Assembly: GCA_964291315.2 (NCBI GenBank)
Contig: OZ219750.1
Location: forward strand, 576,001-640,000
Direction of reading: 5' to 3'
Source: Candidatus Poribacteria bacterium
GTDB lineage: Bacteria > Poribacteria > WGA-4E > WGA-3G
Length of the DNA stretch: 64,000 nt
This document shows positions 8,201-17,695 of this stretch, piece after piece. Numbering within the stretch: the first letter of the stretch is position 1; every line of letters starts with the position of its first letter. Below the pieces are notes generated by a model that was not told the DNA's origin, did not search any database, and was given only the letters and a program-made list of their open reading frames with translations. The position numbers were made by a program, and so were the translations under genes.

Positions 8201-11185
8201 ACAGATCCAAGAATCACTTCTTTCCGAGTGAAGATTGGGGACGAAGTATTTACAACCAGCGAAGGCACCGTCATTACCTCGGAAGAATTTGAGAGGCTTG
8301 AAGACACGCCTGACGTTAGTGACGATCTCCTTTATCTGGCAGCTAGAGCTGTCGCAGAGGGGGGAGCCACAGAATCTCCGATCTATCGGGAAGACTATCC
8401 ACCGTATCTAATGAAATGGACGGTTACGGTAGATACGACGCGTCTTGACGACACTATCACCGCGGATAGCTCCGCAGCTCGCGATGCCTCCAAGGACGAA
8501 AATAAGCATGTTGTGACTGCATCCACAATGACAGATAGTGGCGAAATGCCGGCACCTGAGAATGTCAAGAGTCACTTGTCGGTTGATAATGTTGACGATG
8601 TTGGGCCAGTGGGTCCCACAAACATTACCGCTGTCACCAATGTTGCTGATGGGGTTGATTCTCAACTTGTTGAAGCAGATGAGGACGGAAGTTATATGGT
8701 CGGTGGGATTGTTGATGAGGCGGTTCCATCTCCGATGGATATGCTTACTATTGAACCGACGGCCGATGCTAAAACCTACGCATCTGTGAAATTAATCCAA
8801 ACCGATGCTGATGGGAACGAAACTGTGACAGATAGTGAAGCCGGCGATTTGAACGTTACAGTTGACGTTGGGATGCTTGAAAATGGAACATATATGTTCC
8901 ATGCTCTCGCTGTTGACGAATTTGGTAATGTGCAAACCGATGAGTCACCGAAAACTGTTGTACATGTGATGAACTTCCGCCTCTCGGATATCAGTGATTT
9001 AATGATCACAGCGGTTGATGGGCTGGAGGTAGCGGAAACGCCTGTTGAACCTATAGCGCTTCGGGATTCGCTCACAGCTGGTTTCGTTGTTGCTAACGGC
9101 TCATTAGCTACAGAACATCTGAGTGCTAGCATTAACGGGAATGCGGTCGCTAGTGAAAGTACAGAAGATCCAGAGATGACCTTCTCACTTTCGATGATGG
9201 ACCTTTCAGCAATGTCGGACGGTATGTATACGCTAGAAGGTATGGTCAACCGATGGAATGGTTCAGTGTCATTCCCGTTAGCTATGATTAACCTTGACAG
9301 TACGGGTCCGATGGTTAAGATTGAAACGCCTTTGGAAGATCATACGATTGACAGTTTACCGACTGTTTATGCGACCTATGAAGATGGTACGGGCGTTGGT
9401 GTTGACAGCACAGGCAAAGAGGGCTTGGCTTGGGCAACAACGGAACTTGCCGATGGACCAACCGTTATGTTGGTGCGTATACTGCCTGAGCAAGGTGACC
9501 AAGATATTATGATTGACCAGATGGCTATTGAAGCTGATAAATCCACCTTGGTTTACACCCGTGATGAACAACTTCCCGGTGGTGCCTACCGCGCAACTGT
9601 CAAAGTTGCTGATGTTCTCGGTAACATCGGGGAAGCCTCTGTTGAATTCGCTATCAGCGGCACTTTTCCAGCCGTTGCGATTCACTCACCAACTTCGGGG
9701 CAGACCGTCAAGGACACCACCCCACTGATTAGCGGTGAGATCTCGGGGGCAGGCGATCTTGAAATAACCATCTTTACTGTTGACGGTGTGGATGTTACAC
9801 CTGAGGTAGACGGGAACCGATTCTCTTATACGCCTGTTGCAGCGTTAAGCGGTGGGGCACACACTGTTGTCGTTGAAGTCACCGATGGTGACGGTCGAAC
9901 AGCACAGACATCCACCTCTTTCACAGTGGCGACAGACACAACTCCACCTGTTATCTCTGAAGTCGCTCCATCTGGAGTCATCAAAGGTGATAGCTGGATA
10001 ACAATTTCAGCGGTTGTTTCTGATGAACAATCCAGTATTGTAAGTGTGAAGTTTGCTATTGACGATAAACCGTCCCGCTCCGTTCCGCTTGCTCAAATTG
10101 CGGAAGGACGCGCTCAAATTGCGGAAAGCTTCACAGCAGGTGCACATACCGTAACTGTCATTGCAATTAGTGCGGGTGGCACGACACAACATTCGTGGAC
10201 TTTCACGTTAGAAGTCGATAATGTCGCACCTACGATTACCTCAATCACTCCGACAGGAACTATTCGTGCTGGACTCCCGGTAATCTCCGCGAGTGCCAAC
10301 GATGAATCTGGGGTGGATAAGATGGGTATTGTTGTGTTTGACAGCGACGGTGAAGAGGTAAAAGGCGATACCGAAGATGATGGTGAGGATGATGTTGAAG
10401 GTATCACACGCTTGGACTTCATTCCTGAGGAACCCCTTGATGAGGGAACTTACACGATTGAGGTTCGCGCGACTGATACAATCGGTAACTCTGCTACGGC
10501 AAAAAGTACTTTTTCAATTGACTTCGATACTGCTGCTCCGGTTATCACAATGTCATCGCCGCAAAATGAGGCACGTCTGACCGAACGGCGCCCTCAGATT
10601 TCGATAACCTACGCTGATGCTGAATCAGGGATAGATGTCGATTCTATCCGCTTTGTTCTAGATGACAAGCTGATTAATGTCAAACCGAATCAGAAGACGG
10701 CATCACAGTTGATATACACTCCAGATATCGATCTCGCTTTCGGGAAACATAGCGTCAAACTTGAGGTTTCTGACATGGCACATAAAGAGGGCAATGTCTC
10801 TGAAAAGAGCAGCGGCGCTCGTGAAGCAAACATGGCAGTCCATGAGTTTACATTCTATGTTGAGAGTGAGGAAGGTCCGGCGTTGGCCTCGCGTCCGATA
10901 AATGCACCTAACCCGTTCAGAGAGAACACGCGTATTTCCTTCACGTTGACTCGACAATCTACGGTGAGTATTGTCATTTACGATATGACGCTGCGACCTG
11001 TCCGAGTCTTGGTTGATAACGAAGTATGGGATGCAGGTGAGTACATTGGTACGAACGCAATCGGTTGGGACGGAACTAGTTCTTCTGGCGAGGATTTGGC
11101 TCGAGGTGTCTACTTCTGTCAAATTATGGTAGCGGACGGTTTTGAACCGGAGTATGTACTTCTCAAACTTGCACTGACACGCTAA
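5219..11185 (+). CDS. Giant secreted/surface protein (~1988 aa) with bacterial Ig-like repeats and a C-terminal FlgD-Ig/T9SS-like sorting domain
   Basis: AGGAGG RBS, Sec signal MKKRTLV...AVFG, repeated DTTAP/DTTPP Ig boundaries, C-terminal NAPNPF..TRISFTL..IYD..WDG..G..LARGVYF. Confidence 0.8.
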   Translation: MKKRTLVCFLIFTLCVFYSSIPNAVFGQEVSLAQQVFDKHSETLQREDIQAVLPDVLEGLKAPNIQALLTPQTIAIVVATPDLLTQFVPDIDQQFVALLKEDVDLQGLLSDPQVQELLQDPAAIDELAGLLGVGAEPPVVEPPVVEPPVVEPPVVEPPVVEPPVVEPPVTVPTIDPFEPIMPTNDFILGKSRLGGLSLNAASGKGLIEEIIRASGLPFEASTLVDAILDLVPQGIFPKKQMRQILMSNRLSIFEQEAKQLDFENFGNAIMPNFADFAYLEASSKHVTRDGLQVYMRVPAKVGGVTFTLSGGKTVPGTEVTMAEFQSDTISYTFQLDETLAATNLPAWPSLGAQLFSSVTLRYSNTGPQGDYIAVDMQPTTGKNGVVWESEIGIPPKGSTYYYFEVMLTEPVSFTTLDREAIAAMDPTTVSLADILSATKEYTIEGWAMPDPKNLQMVNRGIVEALFTPDLTRVLDDVLTSPNAANIILKVNAGQQLKINEFLSVATQKQRNRITSIISRNANRITTKFETEFDPMLASVFTVPRVNMQTESLWIAQIEDIADGSYYLAAVVHDADGNPLDQVQEMVTFDTTAPEAQIQIMDGGNTAGYTNAEGVYVATAPNAGPAALNIMGMSKGNDVGAGRGYLFYQEIALDADGIPQSTWMPLTVESTILTSRIWSSVLERFPQELASFVKMNFPELVGGLDDTAIAGLLGSLTPESLLALLSPDLIQQFANPFLKSLEPFIGRFQLSDSQSQAIVDALGATVDIVDHLLPVTFEPSEHVTMPIQGEHMSLMIGDYGIRAMGIDMLFNLGVYAEPARLRIVVPETDAASVTAVNIGDQNGDGDANDPYENGMIFADTTDDVMLTVTVDNRTVHPASISVQYMDANGAWQMIGEARELAENEEVSMYQISWNVTDFDALVAASDTVMVRAVATNALQLTSTSEPFAIKLDADVYPAPFDVIALALDAESITKTNPDSGGPQGTVTISGYTPQRTDPRITSFRVKIGDEVFTTSEGTVITSEEFERLEDTPDVSDDLLYLAARAVAEGGATESPIYREDYPPYLMKWTVTVDTTRLDDTITADSSAARDASKDENKHVVTASTMTDSGEMPAPENVKSHLSVDNVDDVGPVGPTNITAVTNVADGVDSQLVEADEDGSYMVGGIVDEAVPSPMDMLTIEPTADAKTYASVKLIQTDADGNETVTDSEAGDLNVTVDVGMLENGTYMFHALAVDEFGNVQTDESPKTVVHVMNFRLSDISDLMITAVDGLEVAETPVEPIALRDSLTAGFVVANGSLATEHLSASINGNAVASESTEDPEMTFSLSMMDLSAMSDGMYTLEGMVNRWNGSVSFPLAMINLDSTGPMVKIETPLEDHTIDSLPTVYATYEDGTGVGVDSTGKEGLAWATTELADGPTVMLVRILPEQGDQDIMIDQMAIEADKSTLVYTRDEQLPGGAYRATVKVADVLGNIGEASVEFAISGTFPAVAIHSPTSGQTVKDTTPLISGEISGAGDLEITIFTVDGVDVTPEVDGNRFSYTPVAALSGGAHTVVVEVTDGDGRTAQTSTSFTVATDTTPPVISEVAPSGVIKGDSWITISAVVSDEQSSIVSVKFAIDDKPSRSVPLAQIAEGRAQIAESFTAGAHTVTVIAISAGGTTQHSWTFTLEVDNVAPTITSITPTGTIRAGLPVISASANDESGVDKMGIVVFDSDGEEVKGDTEDDGEDDVEGITRLDFIPEEPLDEGTYTIEVRATDTIGNSATAKSTFSIDFDTAAPVITMSSPQNEARLTERRPQISITYADAESGIDVDSIRFVLDDKLINVKPNQKTASQLIYTPDIDLAFGKHSVKLEVSDMAHKEGNVSEKSSGAREANMAVHEFTFYVESEEGPALASRPINAPNPFRENTRISFTLTRQSTVSIVIYDMTLRPVRVLVDNEVWDAGEYIGTNAIGWDGTSSSGEDLARGVYFCQIMVADGFEPEYVLLKLALTR
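5624..5728 (+). repeat. Coding tandem repeat, 7 x 15 nt, (EPPVV)6-EPPVT
   Basis: Read directly; units differ mainly at synonymous positions. Confidence 0.97.
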
Positions 11186-11203
11186 GTAAATGGCAGTCTG
11201 CAT

Positions 11204-11235
11204 GTCGGGAATTGGACGCTTGTCTAGTTCCCGAT
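11204..11235 (+). promoter_or_regulatory. Intercistronic stem-loop without U-tract
   Basis: GTCGGGAATTGGAC-gcttt-GTCTAGTTCCCGAT. Confidence 0.65.
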
Positions 11236-11257
11236 GTGGACACTGAAGGAGGATATA

Positions 11258-12256
11258 ATGTTAATGACAGAACAAATCGCTAAATGGGTTTCCAAAAAGG
11301 GCCCGAAATTGTTATGCGGTTTACTACCCCTTTTCTTTTTTATCCTAGCGGTGTCACCGGCCAGTTTTGCGGGAGTGGATGCCATGCCACATCTGCGGCT
11401 TGGTGCCGGTGCACGCTCGATCGGCTTAGCTGGTGCATTCACAGCAATTGCTGATGATGCTACTGCAACCGTTTGGAACCCAGCAGGACTCGGCTCCGCA
11501 GCGGATTTAAGCCTCAACCTTTCAACACAGCAGCTTGATTTTGATAGGAACCATAACTTCATTGCATTGACGAAAGCTCTTGGTTCATCGGGGGCCATCG
11601 GCCTCGCTGTCACAAACGCGGGTGTCAGTGGCATCCAGCAGTATGACGAAAATGAACGCTACGGTGGAGAATTCGACTACAGTGCGAATGCTTACTCTCT
11701 CTCTTATGGCATCGGGTTCGGAAATTTCGGTATCGGTCTTACAGCCCGCCTGTTAACAGACAGCTTCGGGGGATCCGATGTTGAAAATCAAAGTGGTTTT
11801 GGGGGGCTAGATGTCGGAATCATGGGACATGCCCTGCATATCGATGTCGGTGAAGAAAATGTGCCAACCTTCCACTATGGGCTTGTTGCGAAGTACCTCG
11901 GGGCCTCCCTTGGTGATGACACTGTCCCCATGGTTATTAATCTCGGCTTAGCCTACAACCTCTATATGGGTAATGTTGTCACATTTGCCGCAGATATTGA
12001 GCAAGAACTCGTAAATCTTGACCAAAGTGCCACGAGTTTGAAGCTCGGTGCTGAATATACTATTCTCACTTACAAATCTACTGCTTTATCCATCCGTGGC
12101 GGGGTCAGAGCATCGCGCGATACCCAAAACCTCTTCGGTGGTTTTGGTGTCAACATCGGTGGGCTGCAGATTGATTATGCTATCCAAGATGGTATGGCGA
12201 GTGAAATCAACGGGGTCGGATCAACTCACTTTGCTTCTCTCTCTTATAGGTATTAA
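11258..12256 (+). CDS. PorV/PorQ-like (FadL-type) outer-membrane beta-barrel protein
   Basis: Signal peptide, LRLGAGARSIGLAGAFTAIADDATATVWNPAGL signature, amphipathic strands, C-terminal SLSYRY barrel signal. Confidence 0.8.
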   Translation: MLMTEQIAKWVSKKGPKLLCGLLPLFFFILAVSPASFAGVDAMPHLRLGAGARSIGLAGAFTAIADDATATVWNPAGLGSAADLSLNLSTQQLDFDRNHNFIALTKALGSSGAIGLAVTNAGVSGIQQYDENERYGGEFDYSANAYSLSYGIGFGNFGIGLTARLLTDSFGGSDVENQSGFGGLDVGIMGHALHIDVGEENVPTFHYGLVAKYLGASLGDDTVPMVINLGLAYNLYMGNVVTFAADIEQELVNLDQSATSLKLGAEYTILTYKSTALSIRGGVRASRDTQNLFGGFGVNIGGLQIDYAIQDGMASEINGVGSTHFASLSYRY

Positions 12257-12268
12257 AGGAGGAAATTA

Positions 12269-13129
12269 ATGAAAATGATAAGAGGCACGCTGAAGTTAGC
12301 ACTGATTCTGTACATCTGCGCAGCACTCAGTGGTGTTTATGTGTTATCCGCGTCGGCGAAAATCACGCCGCATGATGGCGATGACAATACTATGCTCATC
12401 ACAATTGTAAAGGGAGACACACTTTGGGATCTCTGCCAACAACATCTCAAGGATCCACTTCGCTGGCGTGAGCTGAGTAAGTATAACGACTTCACCAACC
12501 CGCACCTCATCTATCCGGGCGAACATCTGCGAATTCCTGTCGCTATGGTGAAAGAACTCGTTGAAGTGGCTGAGGAAGATCTCGCTAGTTCCCAGGAAGA
12601 GCTTGAGAGATTAAAAGTGGAATTAGCTGAATCGGAAGCAACGCGGGATAAACTAGAATCAGAAATTAGTGGGCTCAACGAGAGTATGGGACAACTCAAG
12701 GCGCAGCTTAAGGCTCTTGAGGACAGCCTGAAATCACAAGAGCAGCTCATCGATGCAGTTGGTCAATCGGGCGAGGTAATCGCCTTGAGCTTCAAAGAAG
12801 TCCTTACAGCAAATAAAGATGCTATCCTTGATGCGATTTCTGGTCTTGACGAACGTCTTAAAGCATTGGGGAAAATGCATGAAAAACGGAAAATGGAAGC
12901 AGAAAAGACACTCGCACGTGTCGAGACTATCCAGACGCATGTGAAAACGCTTCTAACCTCCGTTGAAAACAACCAAAAAGCGATCAGGGAAGTCAAGATG
13001 ATCCTTGAAAATGCCAAGGGTGTGCACGAGGAACTTTCCTCATCCAAACGTGGGTGGGTGTTCCTGACAACTGTCGCAGCTGGCATTGGGTTGTTTGCTA
13101 TCAATGCTATCGGTGGGCGAGGCGAGTAA
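12269..13129 (+). CDS. LysM-domain coiled-coil protein with C-terminal membrane anchor
   Basis: Signal peptide, IVKGDTLWDL...NPHLIYPGEHLRIP LysM, long heptad region, hydrophobic C-terminal WVFLTTVAAGIGLFAINAIG. Confidence 0.85.
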   Translation: MKMIRGTLKLALILYICAALSGVYVLSASAKITPHDGDDNTMLITIVKGDTLWDLCQQHLKDPLRWRELSKYNDFTNPHLIYPGEHLRIPVAMVKELVEVAEEDLASSQEELERLKVELAESEATRDKLESEISGLNESMGQLKAQLKALEDSLKSQEQLIDAVGQSGEVIALSFKEVLTANKDAILDAISGLDERLKALGKMHEKRKMEAEKTLARVETIQTHVKTLLTSVENNQKAIREVKMILENAKGVHEELSSSKRGWVFLTTVAAGIGLFAINAIGGRGE

Positions 13130-13148
13130 TCGAAACGCATCACCTTTT

Positions 13149-13187
13149 AGGCAGGGAAGGTGTTAAATCGCCTCCCTGCTTTTTTTA
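13149..13187 (+). terminator. Intrinsic terminator closing the three-gene operon
   Basis: GCAGGGAAGGTG...CGCCTCCCTGC followed by a T-run. Confidence 0.85.
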
Positions 13188-13216
13188 TAGCGTTTGCTAT
13201 TTTAAAGGCTCTGAAT

Positions 13217-13837
13217 ATGTCAGCAAATGTCTCTAAACATCCTCAACCTCCCTTTACTCAAGTAATGTCCCTCTCCGGTGATAGAGTTGGCAGTAAAGGA
13301 AGGTTCCGATTCGCTGGATTCGCGTGGATATCTGATGCAAAAGTCATCTTTGTCCAAGGCGATATGCAAAATTTGGAAACACCTCCGGAGTGGCGGCAGC
13401 TGTTACGTCTGATTAACCTCGCGCATCGTCTCAGAAGATCTATCGTTTTGTGGAATCTTCCTATTATCCATATCGCTACAAAACAGCGTAGAATGTCGTT
13501 AGCCAAGGCACAGGTGATTCAGAGGGTCGAATTGGCGCTACTAAAACTACCACACCCTATTATCGCAGTTTTTGACGAAACTTGCGATGGTGTTTATCCG
13601 CTTTCCGAAGCCTGCTGGAACGATGGTATTGTACTTGTGTCGTCCTTAGGTGCTCAACTTTCTGAATCTGGTAAGGTCAAAATGGCTCGACATCCAGCAG
13701 AAATTGCACCCGCGATTGTCTATCTTCTCTGTCAAGCAGCAGCTATTCCAGCTGCGGAATTAATTGAAGATCGAAGCGCGTCTCTGCATATGTTTGTTAA
13801 AAGCAGAACAGCGTTTTCGTCAGAATTGCTATCCTAG
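13217..13837 (+). CDS. Divergent AccA-like (carboxyltransferase alpha fold) protein lacking catalytic motifs
   Basis: LSGDR, PEWRQLLRLINLAHRL, LPHPIIAV, AELIEDR parallel AccA segments; DTPGA and GGSGG absent. Confidence 0.55.
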   Translation: MSANVSKHPQPPFTQVMSLSGDRVGSKGRFRFAGFAWISDAKVIFVQGDMQNLETPPEWRQLLRLINLAHRLRRSIVLWNLPIIHIATKQRRMSLAKAQVIQRVELALLKLPHPIIAVFDETCDGVYPLSEACWNDGIVLVSSLGAQLSESGKVKMARHPAEIAPAIVYLLCQAAAIPAAELIEDRSASLHMFVKSRTAFSSELLS

Positions 13838-13850
13838 TGAGGCACTTTTG

Positions 13851-14474
13851 ATGTTCGAAGCAAAATTAAAACCACACTTTGACGTTATTCTGTCTGTTGT
13901 CGCAAATAAGATGGTCGCACTCGGAATTACAGCAAATATGGTGACGCTTTTTGGATTCGTCGTCAATCTCATTGCCACTTTTTACGTAGCAACCGGACAT
14001 CTCGCTATAGGTGGGATTTTAATTTTATTTGGAGGCAGTTTTGATATGATAGATGGCGCGGTTGCTCGTGCCCAAATAAATCTCCGAGCCTCAGGTGCAC
14101 TCTTGGATTCCGTCATTGATCGTTATTCCGAAGGTTTTCTCTTTCTTAGTGTCCTTCTCTATTTTTATAGTTTGGGAAGTTTGATTGGAATAATTCTTGC
14201 CTTTGGTGCCTGGTTTGGTTCAATCCTGGTAAGTTATGTGAGGGCGAGATCTGAGGGACTTCAGATTACTTGTAAGGTTGGGCTTATGCAACGTCCAGAG
14301 CGTATCGTCTTACTTGGTGCTGGCACACTGCTCCAAGGACTGTTGTGGCACAAATTTCCAATCATTCAAACCAACGCTCTGATTCTACTCTGTGTGCTTG
14401 CGGTACTTACACTCACAACCCATATTACTGCACTTCATCGACTCGTTTTCTCGTATCAAGAATTGAACCGCTAA
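13851..14474 (+). CDS. CDP-alcohol phosphatidyltransferase (PIP synthase/PgsA-like)
   Basis: TANMVT, DMIDGAVAR...GALLDSVIDR, SYVRARSEG, RPER. Confidence 0.9.
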   Translation: MFEAKLKPHFDVILSVVANKMVALGITANMVTLFGFVVNLIATFYVATGHLAIGGILILFGGSFDMIDGAVARAQINLRASGALLDSVIDRYSEGFLFLSVLLYFYSLGSLIGIILAFGAWFGSILVSYVRARSEGLQITCKVGLMQRPERIVLLGAGTLLQGLLWHKFPIIQTNALILLCVLAVLTLTTHITALHRLVFSYQELNR

Positions 14475-15241
14475 TCTCCTCCTCCGCTCTGCCAAAGGAG
14501 GCGAGTCGCAAAAGCGATTACAGCGGCAATGAGCATCACTTTTATCCATTTTTCCCCTTTTGAGACCGCCCAATGACTTCCGAGCCATGCCCCGCTTGCA
14601 TTACCAACTGCCAGTGTCGGCCCTAAATACCAATTGATTTTGCCTTGTGAAATAAAAATACCAAGGGCAATTACGGTATAAAAGAAGATAACGAAAACTT
14701 TAATGGCATTCGTCCGGACTAAATCCATACCGGTGAAAAGGCGCAAAGCAGTTATAATAAGCAAACCAACACCAGCTTGGATGAATCCACCATAAATTCC
14801 GATAAAGAAAAAAACGATCATTACGATAATTTTAGAATTCTTGCTTCTGTTTTCAATCCTGTCTTTCAAGCGCTCCGTTGGATTAAGTAGTGTTAGGATC
14901 AGCATAACAAGCATCACGACAGCGAGGATTAGGTTGAATACCGAGTCCTTGATATCGATGGCTATTATAGCACCTATTATAGCACCGATAACCGCTGGTA
15001 TGGCGAGGAAAATGCTGTAGTTAAAATCAGATATCCCCTTACGGCGGAATCCCATGATGGCACTGAAGTTTTGAAAAAAAATAGCGATCCTATTCGTTCC
15101 GTTTGCGACCGCAGCCTCGAGCCCTAGGAAGATTAGCATAGGTAGGGCTAACAATGAACCGCCGAAGGCAACCGTGTTTAAGAAACCTGCAGCAATGCCC
15201 GTGCCAAAGAGTAAGAGGGCGTGAAGAAAGTTGAATTCCAC
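14471..15241 (-). CDS. TSUP (TauE/SafE) family transporter
   Basis: AGFLNTVAFGGSLLALP, ANGTNR, GIYGGFIQAGVG; multiple TM helices. Confidence 0.88.
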   Translation of the reverse strand: MEFNFLHALLLFGTGIAAGFLNTVAFGGSLLALPMLIFLGLEAAVANGTNRIAIFFQNFSAIMGFRRKGISDFNYSIFLAIPAVIGAIIGAIIAIDIKDSVFNLILAVVMLVMLILTLLNPTERLKDRIENRSKNSKIIVMIVFFFIGIYGGFIQAGVGLLIITALRLFTGMDLVRTNAIKVFVIFFYTVIALGIFISQGKINWYLGPTLAVGNASGAWLGSHWAVSKGEKWIKVMLIAAVIAFATRLLWQSGGGD

Positions 15242-15384
15242 TTTAAACTTTTATTATCTCCGTTTTTTACTAGCTTCCCACTTCCGGCCTGTAATGACTG
15301 TCGGCTTTCAGTTTTTGAATATCAGGGGCGCTGCAATCGCAAACGTTTTGTCTGCCACAAACTGATCTTGTTGACTACTGATAG

Positions 15385-15639
15385 CTATTTTGTTGACCTC
15401 CATTTCGCAATTCCAATCAAGATAAGGGCGACAAGGTTTCCTACAATGATCGCGCTTCCGAGCCCTACCATACCTAAGAAACCACAAATCTGAATTAGTC
15501 CGTTTCCAAATGGGCATTGCCAGTTATTTACGAAGATCGCACGGGCAGAAATTAGCACGCCGATTATAAAGCCGATACCGGCAGCTACAGCGGAAATCAT
15601 CTGTATTTTTTTTAAACCAGGAAGCTGTATTTCAAACAT
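15385..15639 (-). CDS. Small two-TM membrane protein
   Basis: ATG at 15639 just after the upstream gene; two hydrophobic helices. Confidence 0.6.
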   Translation of the reverse strand: MFEIQLPGLKKIQMISAVAAGIGFIIGVLISARAIFVNNWQCPFGNGLIQICGFLGMVGLGSAIIVGNLVALILIGIAKWRSTK

Positions 15640-15656
15640 AGAGGTTCCTTGCTTGT

Positions 15657-16676
15657 CTATGCTGTGCCGAGGTACCGATCTCGGCCTTGCACTAGAGCTT
15701 CTATTTTCCTGTCCACTACAGAGCGTTGGAGCATCCAAAAGCCGCAGTCCGGATGCACCCAACCAATCCGTCCTCCTCCCAACTTCTGTTCTGCTTTTTC
15801 TATGCTGACTGCTACATCATCAGGTGTCTCAATTGGATTAACTTTTACGTCAATCACCCCAATACCAAGAACGATGTCTGACGAGACTGCTTTGAGTGCT
15901 TCTAAGTCTGCCTCGGGACGGTGTTTGATCTCTAAAACAAGGTGGTTACATCGAAGCATGTTTAAGAAGTCTATGAGAGCAGCCCAGTTCCCTTTCTGGA
16001 TGACCTGTCCTCCGTAGTTGCCGAAGCAAAAATGAACTGCCTTTTCCCCGTTAAACGCGTCTAAGACAATATTAATCGCCTCAGCGGCGCGAGGTCCGTC
16101 TTCTGGGTTCCCCGGTATATTTGCTTCGTCTATTTGAAGGCACACACAGTCCAGCTCGCGCACTTGTGCAGCTAATGCTTGTGCCAAGTCCGTTAGCAGT
16201 GCATCAAAGTTGCCGTAATGCTTATCTAGTAGTGTCCGAGCAAGCATGTAGGGACTTGTTACTGTAAATTTGATATCTTTACCGGCAACACTTACAGCTC
16301 GCTCACAGTCAGAAACAAGGTTTAATGTACCTTCGCCTAACGCACCTTCAACGATGCCTGCGGGCTTTGCACGAAACGACATCGTTTGCATCTGTCTGAA
16401 TTCATACCATTCTTGTCGTCCGACTTCTGTTCTAACACCAGAAAGTGGTCGAATGAAATAGTCGATCATTCCGTTGGTGTTTGGATGGTTGGCATCAAAC
16501 CGATAGAGTTCGCCGTCGGTCGGTAGTTCAATGCCGTGTTGTCGTTGCGTATCTACAACAACTCGGGTGGCATCAAGAAGGGTTTGCTCCGTTGGTATTG
16601 ATGAGAGCCACATTGGCACCGGATAGGAGCCGACAGTTGTTGTCAAAATTTCTGGTTTTTTGGATATATTTTTCAC
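15657..16676 (-). CDS. Cobalamin-independent methionine synthase II family protein
   Basis: TTTVGSYP, TDGE, QIDE, HFCFGN, HPDCG zinc ligands. Confidence 0.88.
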   Translation of the reverse strand: MKNISKKPEILTTTVGSYPVPMWLSSIPTEQTLLDATRVVVDTQRQHGIELPTDGELYRFDANHPNTNGMIDYFIRPLSGVRTEVGRQEWYEFRQMQTMSFRAKPAGIVEGALGEGTLNLVSDCERAVSVAGKDIKFTVTSPYMLARTLLDKHYGNFDALLTDLAQALAAQVRELDCVCLQIDEANIPGNPEDGPRAAEAINIVLDAFNGEKAVHFCFGNYGGQVIQKGNWAALIDFLNMLRCNHLVLEIKHRPEADLEALKAVSSDIVLGIGVIDVKVNPIETPDDVAVSIEKAEQKLGGGRIGWVHPDCGFWMLQRSVVDRKIEALVQGRDRYLGTA

Positions 16677-16684
16677 GGATTAAC

Positions 16685-17695
16685 TTAGTTGTCCACCAGC
16701 TCAAAAGATTCGAGTTCAAAAACAGTTTCTACTGTGACATCGTCTCGCGTCTGTGCCTGTGTAAATCTAATGATACCGACATCTGGCGCGACCCATTTTT
16801 TCACGACGGTAATATCAAGCGGGAAATTTTGGTTTTCTATATCAAATCCCCATCTAAAAGACTCTTGAATTTGAAAGACATGATCAAAAGTTCCGGCGGG
16901 GACAGTCGCTGTCTCTTCTGAAAGCACTTCAAATTCGTCAATACCTTCACCAATCGGAAAGAGTTCCGGGACTAATTGTGCCTGAAATTTGACTTGCCAT
17001 TTATCACCTGGAATGAGTGGAAATTGATAAAGTGGAAGGAACGGGACGAATAGGATTGTATCACTCGTTCCTGATGTGGTATTCTGTGCGTGTTGTAAGA
17101 TCTGTGAGATCTCACCGTTTTCATCAACCTTCGTACCGAGGTAAGAGTAGTTTACAACGTTTTCTAATCCTTCAGCCTTACTAGATTTCTGAAGGACGAA
17201 ACTGTCAATAGTGTTTCCGCTCGCGCGTTGAATCTGGATGGTGTCCACGATTTCAAACGTAATTTCATTACCACTTGCGTCTTTATAGTGCCAAACATTT
17301 CCGACTGCCAAGGGATAATAGTCTCCAGGGCGTGTTCTCCACACTTGGATATCAAGTGTACTCTTTGTAGTGTTTTCACCATCTGTGACTGTAACTGCAA
17401 TCTGGTATTTTCGTTCGGTTTGTGGTGCCTGCCAGAGGGCACCAGAGGCGTTTTCCGTTAATTCTCCGTCTGTGGTAGACCAAGTATATGATAAAGTATC
17501 ATTCTCAAGATCAGCGGCTTTCAGATGGATTTGCACTTCTGTTCCAGGTGCAACGACATCTGCTTCAGATTCAAATGTTAAAATGCTCGGTGCGCGGTTG
17601 CTGTCACTCGGGGTCCCTTCACCGCAGCCCGCGACGACACTAATGAGCAAAACCCAAAGGATTTTCCAAGCGTTGGTTGCTTTTTTGCTCAGCAT
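16685..17695 (-). CDS. Lipoprotein with Ig/PKD-like domain
   Basis: Lipobox VAGC; NRAP...DLENDTLSYTW; YYPLAVGNVWHY, TVPAGTF. Confidence 0.7.
   Translation of the reverse strand: MLSKKATNAWKILWVLLISVVAGCGEGTPSDSNRAPSILTFESEADVVAPGTEVQIHLKAADLENDTLSYTWSTTDGELTENASGALWQAPQTERKYQIAVTVTDGENTTKSTLDIQVWRTRPGDYYPLAVGNVWHYKDASGNEITFEIVDTIQIQRASGNTIDSFVLQKSSKAEGLENVVNYSYLGTKVDENGEISQILQHAQNTTSGTSDTILFVPFLPLYQFPLIPGDKWQVKFQAQLVPELFPIGEGIDEFEVLSEETATVPAGTFDHVFQIQESFRWGFDIENQNFPLDITVVKKWVAPDVGIIRFTQAQTRDDVTVETVFELESFELVDN

Noticed and set aside
10091-10126. 15-nt direct duplication GCTCAAATTGCGGAA
   Set aside because: In-frame micro-duplication (AQIAE twice) with no sign of a mobile element
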